64,000 nucleotides of DNA from a virus. Numbering within the stretch: position 1 is the first letter of the stretch; each line of letters begins with the position of its first letter. The stretch lies in IMG/VR virus record IMGVR_UViG_3300032220_000872, positions 1 to 64,000 of that record; one strand, given 5' to 3'. A program made the translations under genes and the position numbers. The notes beneath the pieces are model-generated. The model searched no databases and was not told where the DNA came from. It saw only the letters and a program-made list of their open reading frames with translations. Shown here in pieces: positions 7,463 to 17,700 of the stretch.

Positions 7463-8466
7463 TGTAGATCTCTGTAAATTTCCAGCAGTGTGTTTTTGTT
7501 GTAACTGTCTGATTCTATGGCATTGATCTCTTTGCTAACTATTTCATCCACAGATTCAAAACGTGTGATATCCAATGTACTGGTTAATTCATCATCTTTT
7601 TTGCCTGGTATCAGCACAATTTCTCTACAGTTGTAATCTTTTATGAAAGTTTCTTTGATAAAACTGGCTTCTTCATAGCTGATATCTATGTCCAGAGTGA
7701 CTTGCAAATGCATTTTGGGTTTGATAATGTTTTTGGCATCATTTAATAATTCACCAAGATTAACTTTTAGATATCTAGGACAATTGTACCAATTGATGTA
7801 TCTGGGAGTGCCACCATGTTCCATAATCATCATGCCTCGTTGATCATCATTCACATCAGCATAGTTGTGCGGCATGGGATTGCCTATGTAATGTATATTT
7901 TTTGCTGTTTGACGTTTGTGGAAGTGTCCTGTGAACACATATTCTTGATTCACAAAGTCTCCAGTCTGTATCAATCCAGTGTCTGGCATTTCTATCATAG
8001 CATTCATTAAGAAGTGAGGCAATTCAAAATGACCAAACATGTATCTACTTTTGACTTTTTTGATCTGTTTGTATTCATCTCCCACCAACCAAGGCACCAA
8101 AGTCACATCATCTATGGTGGTGGTTTCTGTGATCACAGTGATACCCGGAATAAATCTAGCAAACTCCACTGAATGAATGTCTCGTTTATCTTTGTAATAC
8201 AAATCGTGATTGCCAGGAAAGAAATAGAATTTTTCAAATGCTTTGCCCAATTTTTCCAAACATTTGATGGAAACATCCATGGTCATCAAATTTAATGAAT
8301 TTCTATTGTGATGCCAGTCACCACAGAATATGCCTGTTTCGCAATTGTTTTGTTTGGCTTGTTCTATGAACCAATCCACGAATTCTTCACAATCTTGATT
8401 GTGAATCACGCTGTTGCTCTTCAAGCCAAAATGTATGTCAGTAAAGACTGCTGCTTTTTTAAACAT
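7459..8466 (-). CDS. gp47: Recombination endonuclease subunit (T4 gp47 / Mre11-SbcD-like)
   Basis: Metallophosphoesterase motifs DIHFG, GDWHH, GNHD, GHFE, GHFH; adjacent to gp46. Confidence 0.93.
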   Translation of the reverse strand: MFKKAAVFTDIHFGLKSNSVIHNQDCEEFVDWFIEQAKQNNCETGIFCGDWHHNRNSLNLMTMDVSIKCLEKLGKAFEKFYFFPGNHDLYYKDKRDIHSVEFARFIPGITVITETTTIDDVTLVPWLVGDEYKQIKKVKSRYMFGHFELPHFLMNAMIEMPDTGLIQTGDFVNQEYVFTGHFHKRQTAKNIHYIGNPMPHNYADVNDDQRGMMIMEHGGTPRYINWYNCPRYLKVNLGELLNDAKNIIKPKMHLQVTLDIDISYEEASFIKETFIKDYNCREIVLIPGKKDDELTSTLDITRFESVDEIVSKEINAIESDSYNKNTLLEIYRDLQ

Positions 8467-8489
8467 CAAATATAAATTTCCAAGACTTC

Positions 8490-8518
8490 ATTGTAAACAA
8501 AAAATTGAATAAAGTCAA
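8490..8518 (-). promoter_or_regulatory. Sigma70-type promoter for gp47/gp46
   Basis: Minus strand TTGACT-17 bp-TACAAT (-35 at 8518-8513, -10 at 8495-8490). Confidence 0.75.
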
Positions 8519-8522
8519 TAAC

Positions 8523-9347
8523 TTAAATTTTCTTTTTGAATTCCCTGTCCACAGCATTTTGATATGCTTCTGCGTTTTGACGTGTGTGACTGGGCATCAT
8601 GTCATTCATTTCCAGAATGTCATCTCTGATATTTTGATTTCTTTTTTCGATATTGATGATTCTCACAAATGAATTGGTCACTGCTGCTGTATAATAAGCA
8701 AATGGATTATTGGATTTGCTCTCATCAAATTGTAAACCAATCTGAGTTAATTGTAATATGGCTTGCCCTTGCATTTCGTCATTGTAGGTATAACCTCTCA
8801 CATTGCCTCGAGTGGCATAACGTTCACACAGTTTCATCCACATCATAGCCAGTTTGGCTGTGGGCTTGCCGCCCTCCTTATTAAACTTGCCATTGTGCAT
8901 GCCGCCTTCCCAGTGACTCTTACCCACACATGAAAGATTGTCTTTCTCGTCATACTTCCAATGTTGGAAAGCAGGAAAGTTCACTTTGATCTTGGAATCT
9001 GCAGAACTTTTGGGATTTTTTTTGCGACCTGGTTCATTGGGTATGTGTTCATAAGTCATCACTCTAAACACCAAGTCTTCTTTTTTAATTTTTTTATAAT
9101 CCACCTCACACTCAGACAATTTAACTTTGGGATCCACTGCTTTGCGTTTTTCAAACTCTTCCTGAGCTAATCTTTTAGCTCTAGCACGTTTGGCTTCTGC
9201 TATGGTTCTAACATTGATACGTTCCAAAGATGACACAATAGCATCGTATCTATGATGCTCGTCTTTGGTGTAGCTGCAATAGCTGTTCTTGGATTTGTGT
9301 ATCTCTTCCAACAGATCTTTGTTGTTTAGATAGTTGATTTTTTTCAT
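8523..9347 (-). CDS. gp55: Late-transcription sigma factor (T4 gp55-like)
   Basis: N-terminal NYLNNKDLL and C-terminal RGYTYNDEM...A......FDESKSNNPFAYYT....NSF.R....EK are gp55-family hallmarks. Typical position next to gp47. Confidence 0.85.
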   Translation of the reverse strand: MKKINYLNNKDLLEEIHKSKNSYCSYTKDEHHRYDAIVSSLERINVRTIAEAKRARAKRLAQEEFEKRKAVDPKVKLSECEVDYKKIKKEDLVFRVMTYEHIPNEPGRKKNPKSSADSKIKVNFPAFQHWKYDEKDNLSCVGKSHWEGGMHNGKFNKEGGKPTAKLAMMWMKLCERYATRGNVRGYTYNDEMQGQAILQLTQIGLQFDESKSNNPFAYYTAAVTNSFVRIINIEKRNQNIRDDILEMNDMMPSHTRQNAEAYQNAVDREFKKKI

Positions 9348-9371
9348 TGAATTCCTTTGTAATTAGCCTTC

Positions 9372-9406
9372 AGTATAAACTACGCAGTTAATTTTGTCAA
9401 TAAATA
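9372..9406. promoter_or_regulatory. Overlapping divergent promoters: sigma70-type (minus, for gp55) and late TAAATA (plus, for the baseplate operon)
   Basis: Minus TTGACA (9400-9395)-17 bp-TATACT (9377-9372). Plus TAAATA at 9401-9406. ATAAA-ctacgcag-TTAAT site at 9375-9392. Confidence 0.75.
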
Positions 9407-9423
9407 CTTGATATATTTGACAT

Positions 9424-10281
9424 ATGGCAGATTTATCAAACCAATATTCTCAAAAAGATGCACAGAACTCGGTGTCCGACCTTCTGGGCAGTGATGCCAG
9501 CATCACAGGTTTTGTGAGCAAAGCAGCAGCTACAACGGTGGATTTTGCCAATCCAGCAAAATTTGGTTCTGCTCTCAGATCTAAATTTTTACCAAAAGAC
9601 GGCATGAGTGCAGCCAAGACATTCACACAGGGTGAATCAGCCAGCAAGCCTGGCGAAAAAGACTGGCGTGTGAGATTGAGCGTGCCAGACAACTTCAAAG
9701 AGAATAGTTTTTTGTTGCCATTGCTCAGCACTGGTGGTTTGGTTTTTCCATACACTCCCAGCATTCTTATGAGTCACACAGCCAACTACACTCCAACTAA
9801 TCCCACTCATACCAACTACGCAATGAATTCTTTCAACTACAGCACAGTGGACAACATTCAAATCAACGGTGATTTTTTTGTGCAGAACGGTTTGGAAGCG
9901 CGATACTGGGTGGCAGCAGTGCATTATTTGAGAAGCATCACAAAGATGCGTTATGGTGAAGCCAGCACTGACGCAGGATCACCACCACCAGTGGTGTTGT
10001 TGAATGGCTACGGAGATTTTGTTTTTAAAAATGTACCTGTGGTGGTCACAAGTTTCAACGTGGAATTGCCTCAGGATGTGGATTACATCAGTTGTGGACT
10101 CAATGCAGAAGCTCAAGGAGATTTTGATGAAGGCACATATAAAAATGTGGCTTGGGCACCAGCACAGAGTCAACTCACTGTGCAATTGATGCCACAATAC
10201 AGCAGAACGGCCATATCACAATTTAACATGAATGATTTTGTCAAAGGCAACTACATCAAAGGTGACGGAGGATACATCTAA
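9424..10281 (+). CDS. Baseplate tail-tube-like/initiator protein
   Basis: First gene of the baseplate operon. FPYTP, G.PPPVV.LNGYG and VPVVVTSFNVELP motifs fit tube-fold baseplate proteins (gp48/gp54-like, by inference). Confidence 0.55.
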   Translation: MADLSNQYSQKDAQNSVSDLLGSDASITGFVSKAAATTVDFANPAKFGSALRSKFLPKDGMSAAKTFTQGESASKPGEKDWRVRLSVPDNFKENSFLLPLLSTGGLVFPYTPSILMSHTANYTPTNPTHTNYAMNSFNYSTVDNIQINGDFFVQNGLEARYWVAAVHYLRSITKMRYGEASTDAGSPPPVVLLNGYGDFVFKNVPVVVTSFNVELPQDVDYISCGLNAEAQGDFDEGTYKNVAWAPAQSQLTVQLMPQYSRTAISQFNMNDFVKGNYIKGDGGYI

Positions 10282-10583
10282 TGGCAAATTACAGAATAGA
10301 AAGTCCTTGGACAGCCACACCCATAGTGAATGATCAATATTTGGATCTGTTGTCCATCAGACCCATCCCAGCCACCGCTGATGATGTGTTGTACACAGTA
10401 GGAGTGCAGTACACACACAGACCGGATCTGTTAGCGTATGATTTGTACGGATCTTCAAAATTATGGTGGGTGTTTGCACAAAGAAATATGGACACAATCA
10501 AAGATCCCATATATGATTTGGTTGCAGGTGTAAAAATTTATCTTCCACAAGGACCTAAATTGAGACAATCTTTAGGAATATAA
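10281..10583 (+). CDS. Baseplate wedge LysM-like protein (gp53-like)
   Basis: RPDLLAYDLYGSSKLWWVFAQRN...DP is the gp53/LysM-type signature. Confidence 0.75.
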   Translation: MANYRIESPWTATPIVNDQYLDLLSIRPIPATADDVLYTVGVQYTHRPDLLAYDLYGSSKLWWVFAQRNMDTIKDPIYDLVAGVKIYLPQGPKLRQSLGI

Positions 10584-10586
10584 ACT

Positions 10587-12800
10587 ATGCCTACAGATAC
10601 TCGCAACAATATACAAGTTAGATCATCCGACGATACATTTGGATCTTCCACAGCAGACGATATTCAAAGATCCACATATGACGCCAATAACACTGTGTTG
10701 TTTCCAAATAAAATTCCCAATCCTCTGCACAATTATAATTCATTCAACACCATATTCACTCTGGCCTGTCTCACTCCGGAAGAACTGAATTTTCCTTACA
10801 GATTGCGTGTGAAATCTCCCACAGTGACTATTTTACGCAGTGGTGGATCTGGAACTTCCAAATACAAAACATTGTATGATCTGGATTTTAATGGTGGAGG
10901 ATCCAACACAAGAATTGCCAGAGAATATTTTATCAACAATGTTCAAATACAAACAGTGATGTCACCCAACAAAAACAGCATGACCAATGCCACCAAAGTG
11001 AATTTCTCTGTGTTTGAACCCTACAGCATGGGCACTTTTATAGAGACTATCAAAGCTGCAGGAGCCCAAGCAGGTTATAAAAATTACGCCCAAGCACCTT
11101 TTTGTCTCATCATGGAATTTGTAGGCACAGATCTCAGCAATAAGACAGTGAACATCACAGATCAAAACAATCGTCCCACCAAAAGAATTCTGCCCATACT
11201 GTTCACAGGCATAAATTTTTCAGCGGATCAAGCAGGTGCTACCTATCAAGTGGATGCTGTGGCACAACCCGAATACAGCATGCGTCGCAGTGTACAATCA
11301 TTGAACACTGATGTCACTATCAGAGGCACCACTGTGCAACAATTCTTGCAAAACAGCCTGCAGGAAGAACTGAACAAAAACAAAAAATCCAAAAACAAAG
11401 AAGGCGATAAAAAATACACAGTGATAGATGACATTATTGTAAATTTTCCCAAACTGGATCAATTGAATCAGCAGAGTCAAAGAACTGCATTCACAGATCA
11501 AAAAGCCACATATGATCCCAATGAACAGAGAACACAATTGGTAGGCACGGGATCACAAGTGCTCAGCACTCCCAGCAGCATTTCCTATGAACAGTCATAT
11601 GCTTCCATGAATGACATAGGCAAGTCTTTGATGAATTTCACTGACAATCAGTTAAAAAATGTGCTCAACGATGATGATAAAAAATTTTATGACAGCAAAA
11701 AGAAAATAATAACCAAACAAAAAATAATCAATCAAAGACTGGGAGAGTTGTCATTCAAAGCAGGTACATCCATAGAAAACATCATAACCAACGTGATACT
11801 GTACAGTGATTACACAAAATTTTTGTTGGCAGACAGTGATGTTAATGGTTTTAAAAAATGGTTTAAAGTGGTTCCTCGAGTGTTTTTGATCAACGATGCT
11901 GAAATTTTAGAAAAAACTGGAGCCTATGCTAGATTGATCGTGTTTGATGTGATAGAACACATGGTGCATGAATCTTTGTTTGTGAAACCCAATGTTAAAA
12001 CCGACACAGTGAAAATCAATAACTTTGTGGTGAAAGAATATGATTATCTTTTCACAGGAAAAAATTTAGACGTTTTAAAGTTTGACATCCAAATCAATAA
12101 TTCTTTACTGGCTCAATTGCCCAGTGATCAGGCGGATTCCAAAGAAGATCCCAACAAAAAATCTAAAGCGGAAAAAGAAAAAAAATCACAAATTGATGAC
12201 AGCAAAGGTGACACAGCTGACAGCAAGACTGCATCAGCACAAACCACTACCAATTATTTTTACAGTCCCACAAAAAACACCATGGAATCTGTGGGAGAAT
12301 TGAGCACTGAACAAAAAATGGCTTTGGAATTCCATGATTTTATAACCACAGGTCAGGTAGCCTTTGTCAAAGCAGACTTGAGCATATTGGGTGATCCATA
12401 TTTTATTGCTGACAGCGGCACCGGCAATTACTATTCACAAATAGAAACAGACCCTAAAACAGGCAACCCTAAATTTATCAACAAAGACGGCAGCATGGAG
12501 CCCACATTTGCCGGAGTGTATGTGGTTTTAAATTTCCGCACACCTATAGATTATGCCAGCAATGGTCAGATGATATTCAAAGACACTGCCAGTCAACTGA
12601 ATAAAAATTTTGTTAAACTAGCTCAGTTCAGTGGAGTTTTCCAAGTGGTGCAAGTGGAAAACATTTTTGAAAATGGTGTTTTTAGGCAAGAATTGCAACT
12701 GACTAGAATTCCCAATCAAGAAGTTAAAAAAGAAAAAGGAAAATCCACAGGTTCTTTTTTAAAAGATAATATTCCAACAATTGATAACACAGGTGCATAA
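10587..12800 (+). CDS. Baseplate hub protein (gp27/GpD-like, 737 aa)
   Basis: Position between the gp53-like and gp5-like genes. C-terminal L.ILGDP and G.F.V..V...FENG.F.Q.L.L.R motifs of hub proteins. Confidence 0.55.
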   Translation: MPTDTRNNIQVRSSDDTFGSSTADDIQRSTYDANNTVLFPNKIPNPLHNYNSFNTIFTLACLTPEELNFPYRLRVKSPTVTILRSGGSGTSKYKTLYDLDFNGGGSNTRIAREYFINNVQIQTVMSPNKNSMTNATKVNFSVFEPYSMGTFIETIKAAGAQAGYKNYAQAPFCLIMEFVGTDLSNKTVNITDQNNRPTKRILPILFTGINFSADQAGATYQVDAVAQPEYSMRRSVQSLNTDVTIRGTTVQQFLQNSLQEELNKNKKSKNKEGDKKYTVIDDIIVNFPKLDQLNQQSQRTAFTDQKATYDPNEQRTQLVGTGSQVLSTPSSISYEQSYASMNDIGKSLMNFTDNQLKNVLNDDDKKFYDSKKKIITKQKIINQRLGELSFKAGTSIENIITNVILYSDYTKFLLADSDVNGFKKWFKVVPRVFLINDAEILEKTGAYARLIVFDVIEHMVHESLFVKPNVKTDTVKINNFVVKEYDYLFTGKNLDVLKFDIQINNSLLAQLPSDQADSKEDPNKKSKAEKEKKSQIDDSKGDTADSKTASAQTTTNYFYSPTKNTMESVGELSTEQKMALEFHDFITTGQVAFVKADLSILGDPYFIADSGTGNYYSQIETDPKTGNPKFINKDGSMEPTFAGVYVVLNFRTPIDYASNGQMIFKDTASQLNKNFVKLAQFSGVFQVVQVENIFENGVFRQELQLTRIPNQEVKKEKGKSTGSFLKDNIPTIDNTGA

Positions 12801-14281
12801 TGTTTTCTATAGATAAAAGATCCAGCAAAAATTCAACAATGAAAAATCCTGGACCCTACGAGGCTAGAGTAACCAGTCATTTGGACAGCAAGTATTCAGG
12901 CACGCTGGAAGTAGAACTTTTGAGATCCAACGATCCCAGTATGGATTCATTGGAACCCAATCAACGTGTGCAGGTGAGATATCTCAGTCCATTCTATGGT
13001 GTGACCAACTATGATGGTGTGACCAAAAATCATGACTATGCCAGCAGCCAACAGAGCTACGGCATGTGGTTTATACCACCTGATGTGGGCAACACAGTGC
13101 TGGTAATATTTGTGGAAGGCAACATCAACAAAGGCTATTGGTTCGGTTGTGTGCAGGCAGAAAATCAAAACTTTATGTTGCCAGATGGTAGAGCAGTCAC
13201 CACATTTACCGACACCAATGAAGATCCCGCACAGAGTGGTAAAAAATTACCAGTGGGTGAATACAACAAAGAATTACTGGTGAATTTGAGAAATCTCACA
13301 GACTCTACTAAAAATTTAAAACCCATCAATCAGCAGTTTGTGGACATACTCAACAATCAAGGATTGTTAGAAGATGAAACCAGAGGCTTGACCACATCAA
13401 GTGCTAGACGTGAAGCACCTAGCAGCGTGTTTGGAGTCAGCACTCCAGGACCTTTGGACAAACGTGGCAATACTCGAGGCAAAGGTGGCAGATACTATTC
13501 AAGATTGGGTGGCAGCAGTATTGTGATGGATGATGGTGATGACAAATTTTTACGCAAGACATCAGCAGCCACAGGACCATCAGAATATGTGAATAAAATC
13601 ACAGACGATATAACTCCAGCAGATGAAACTATACCTCACAATGAATTGGTGCGTATTAGAACCAGAACAGGTCATCAAATATTGTTGCACAATTCAGAAG
13701 ATTTGATCTACATTGGCAATTCAAAAGGCACCACGTGGGTGGAATTAACAGCCAATGGAAAAATTGATATCTATGCTGAAGACAGTGTGAGTATTCATAC
13801 CAAACAAGATTTTAATTTTAAAGCGGACAGAGATGTGAACATAGAAGCAGGCAGAAACGTTAATATTAAATCTGCTTTGAATACAAATATTGAAAGTGCT
13901 GAATTATCGTTGAAAGCCAACAGCAATGGTTATATCACAGTGGGCAGTCAACTGCATGAAAACATTGGAACAGATTATTTTTTCACTTTGGGCGGTGACA
14001 GTCACACAGTCAAAGCTGATGGCAAAACAGATCACGCCACACCTTCCTCTAGAAGTAGCAGTACCAGTGCTACCACTGCCACTAGTGTGGTCAATTTAAC
14101 AACTTTTGTTCTACCAGAAACAGAAAGTATTATGAAAAGAGTGCCACAACACGAGCCTTGGCCACAGCATGAAAATTTAAATCCTAACAATGTCAGCAGT
14201 GATTTAACAGATAGAGAAAATCCTAATAATATCATTGATTCTTCTCTCAATCAAATAAATGACACATTTGCAAAAAATTAA
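12800..14281 (+). CDS. Baseplate central spike (gp5/VgrG-like OB fold plus beta-helix)
   Basis: YGMWFIPPDVG..VLV.F..G.....YWFGC OB-fold motif, RTRTGHQILLH and beta-helix repeats. No lysozyme domain is evident. Confidence 0.75.
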   Translation: MFSIDKRSSKNSTMKNPGPYEARVTSHLDSKYSGTLEVELLRSNDPSMDSLEPNQRVQVRYLSPFYGVTNYDGVTKNHDYASSQQSYGMWFIPPDVGNTVLVIFVEGNINKGYWFGCVQAENQNFMLPDGRAVTTFTDTNEDPAQSGKKLPVGEYNKELLVNLRNLTDSTKNLKPINQQFVDILNNQGLLEDETRGLTTSSARREAPSSVFGVSTPGPLDKRGNTRGKGGRYYSRLGGSSIVMDDGDDKFLRKTSAATGPSEYVNKITDDITPADETIPHNELVRIRTRTGHQILLHNSEDLIYIGNSKGTTWVELTANGKIDIYAEDSVSIHTKQDFNFKADRDVNIEAGRNVNIKSALNTNIESAELSLKANSNGYITVGSQLHENIGTDYFFTLGGDSHTVKADGKTDHATPSSRSSSTSATTATSVVNLTTFVLPETESIMKRVPQHEPWPQHENLNPNNVSSDLTDRENPNNIIDSSLNQINDTFAKN

Positions 14282-14296
14282 CGAATAAATATTAAT

Positions 14297-14743
14297 ATGA
14301 GCACACAAGAGAAAAAATTATACAAGGACATTGTTCTTAAATCCAAAAAAACTTCCAACAGTCCGTTGGGTGCTAGAGCCTACAAAGGCATCAGCACAGT
14401 GGATCCCAATGCCAACAGTTTCAATCTGTATGATATTGCTCTGATCAAACAAGATCTGTTGAATCACTTCCACATTCGTCAAGGAGAAAAGCTGGAAAAT
14501 CCAGAGTTTGGCACTATCATTTGGGACGCATTGTTTGAGCCTCTCACAGAGGGCATGAAACAAGCCATTGTTGAAAATGTCACACAGATTGTGAATTACG
14601 ATCCCAGAGTACAAGTTAATTCGGTCACTGTGGATACCTATGAAAGCGGCATCCAAATTGAGTGCGATCTCACCTATCTACCCTATAATATTTCCGAAAG
14701 CATGCGTCTTAAATTTGATGAAAGTCAGGGATTAATCAGCTAG
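14297..14743 (+). CDS. gp25: Baseplate wedge subunit (gp25-like)
   Basis: D..LIKQDLLNHF.IRQGE....PEFGT.IW..LFEP and DPRV motifs of the GPW/gp25 family. Confidence 0.88.
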   Translation: MSTQEKKLYKDIVLKSKKTSNSPLGARAYKGISTVDPNANSFNLYDIALIKQDLLNHFHIRQGEKLENPEFGTIIWDALFEPLTEGMKQAIVENVTQIVNYDPRVQVNSVTVDTYESGIQIECDLTYLPYNISESMRLKFDESQGLIS

Positions 14744-14744
14744 A

Positions 14745-14777
14745 ATTAACTGAGCATTTAATCAAACATAATAAATA
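14745..14777 (+). promoter_or_regulatory. Late promoter with upstream ATTAA-N8-TTAAT site
   Basis: ATTAA-ctgagcat-TTAAT at 14745-14762, TAAATA at 14772-14777, then AGGA SD before gp6. Confidence 0.65.
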
Positions 14778-14797
14778 AGTTCATACAACAGGAACTT

Positions 14798-17700
14798 ATG
14801 TCATCCACAGATAGATTAAACAAATTATTGTTGGCTGAAGACTGGAAAAAGGTCTATCAGAGCTTCCGCAATGCGGACTTCAAAAGTTACGATTTTGACA
14901 ATCTACGTAGATCCATGATCAGTTATCTGCGTCAGAACTATCCTGAAGATTTCAATGACTATTTGGAAAGCAGTGAATATCTTGCTTTGATTGATTTGAT
15001 CGCTTTCTTAGGACAAAACATTGCTTTTAGAATTGACCTAAACGCTAGAGAAAATTTCATCGAGTTGGCTGAACGTAGAGAATCTGTGCTGAGACTGGCT
15101 AGATTATTGAGCTACAATGCCAAAAGAAATCAATGTGCCAATGGATTGTTAAAAATAGATTCAGTCAGCACTTCAGAGGAAATCATCGACAGCAACAATG
15201 TGAATCTCAGCAATCAAACCATCTTGTGGAATGATCCCAGCAATGAAGATTGGTATGAACAATTTGTAAAAGTACTCAATGCAGTGTTGCCTGTGAATAC
15301 CAAAGTGGGCAGACCCAACAAGACAGACACAGTGGATGGAATACCTGTGGAGTTGTATCAATTCAATTCTGATTTACAATCAGTACCAGTTTTTAGTTTT
15401 TCCAAAAGTATTGATGGCAGAAACACTCAATTTGAAATCGTGAGCGTGGATCTAAACAATGGCGCTGTGGAAGAATTGTCTCCATTACCCACCAACAAAC
15501 TATCATTTATTCACAAAGATGACGGCAGAGGAAATGCCAGCAGCAACACAGGATTCTTTTTTCATTTTAGACAAGGTGTACTTCAACAGGGAGAATTCAC
15601 AGTGGACTTGCCCACTCCCAATCAGATTGTGTCCATAGATGCTTCTAATATCAATCAATCAGATGTGTGGTTGTATTCGTTAGATACCAATCAAGCAGAA
15701 AAAGAATTATGGACCAAAGTGAGTGCTACCGAAGGCAACAACGTGATCTACAACAGCACTGCCAAGTCAATCAGAAATATCTACAGCGTGATCACCAGAA
15801 CTGAAGACAGAATCAATCTACAGTTTGCTGACGGCACTTTTGGCAATTTACCTAAAGGCGGATTTAGAATCTATTACAGAACCAGCGATAACAGACAGTT
15901 TAAAATTGTACCAAGTGACATGAGCAATATTCAGATTGTTATACCTTACGTGAGCACCGCAGGCAAAGACGAAACACTCACTATCAGTTTGGCACTGCAG
16001 TACACTGTGGATAATGCAACCAATTCTGAATCAGATGATTCAATTAAAACAAATGCACCATCCACATATTACACACAAAACAGAATGATCACTGGAGAAG
16101 ATTATAATGTAGCTCCTCTGTCTGTGAATCAAGAAATTATAAAAATCAAATCAGTGAATCGAGTATCCAGCGGCATATCGCGATATTTTGATCTGTTGGA
16201 TGCCACAGGCAAATACAGCAATACCAATCTGTACGGTGCTGATGGTATAATCTACAAAGAAACTGTGGACAACAGCATCACATTCAGCTATGTGACTCGC
16301 ACAGACATTGAAGGTATCATTAACAATACCATTGAACCTTTGATTTCAGACAAAAAACTTTTTAATTTTTATTTGAATAATTTTCCCAAAATACTAACCA
16401 CTGACACGGCGTATGTGTGGAATCAAAGCAGTCAAGGCAGCAATATTTCCACTGGATATTTCACAGACGAAGACACGAATAAATTAGAAGTGGGGTCATT
16501 CACAGAAAGTTCTTTGAAATATTTAGAAATTGGTGCTCTTTTAAAATTCACAGCACCTTCAGGCAAATATTTCAATCAAGATGGAGAACTGGAGTTGGGT
16601 ACACCTTCACAATTGGGCGACAACACTGTGAAATGGACCACTGTGGTGAATGTGATTGACAATGGCACTGTGATACAAAATGACAACAGCGGCCCTATAA
16701 TTTTCAACGATCAAATACCTTCATCTGCTGTATTGACACAAATAGTGCCTAAATTTACCAAAGCTCTATCTTCGGATGTGAAATTACAGATGTTGGATCA
16801 AATATTTGCCAACAGCACATTTGGATTGAGATACAATGTGTCTGATAGAGATTGGGCAGTGATTGATGAAAACAATCTTAATATCTACGGTGATTTCAGC
16901 ACAGGTAAAACAGGTGACACCAGCAATCAACAGTTGGATGCCAGCTGGTTATTGTTGTTTACCACAGACACAGAGCTGTACACAGTGACCTATAGAGGAG
17001 TGCGTTATGTATTTGAAAGCGACCAAGAAATTCGTTTCTATTACGACAGTGGCGACAAAAATTACAACAACAACAGCGGCAAAGTGATCAAAGACAAAAT
17101 CACAGTGCTGTCTATTAATACAGCGCCAGCATCATCCAATCCTTTGCTGTATGACGTGGATTGGCAAGTGGTTGAAGAGTACAGAGACAGTCAAGGATAC
17201 GTGGACAGCAAAAAAATTGAAATCACAAACTTTGATTCAGATGATGATGGATTAATGGACAATCCTGAATCTTTTGAAAATTTAGTATCAGCCAACACAT
17301 ATATCTATCAGAAAAAAGTTATCACAGAAGGTGTGGAGGATTTCAACTATGTGAATGCTGCTGATGAAAATATTGTAACCATCACCAGTGAAAATCAAAT
17401 AGGTGCTTATAGTTCTTATGATACCAACACCATATTTTACAACAGCACCACAGATATTTTTAAAATATTAGATGTGTCCACAGACACATTGAGTGTCACA
17501 ACGGATTACAAAGCACATTTAGGCAGAAGTGAATTAAAATTCCATTATGTTCACAGCACAGACAGTTCCAATAGAATAGACCCCAGCGTGAGCAATATCA
17601 TTGACATATTTGTATTGACCAGAACCTATGACACAGACTTTAGATCTTGGTTGGATGGCAATGTGGAATCCAAACCATTGCCCATGAGTACAGATGCCAT

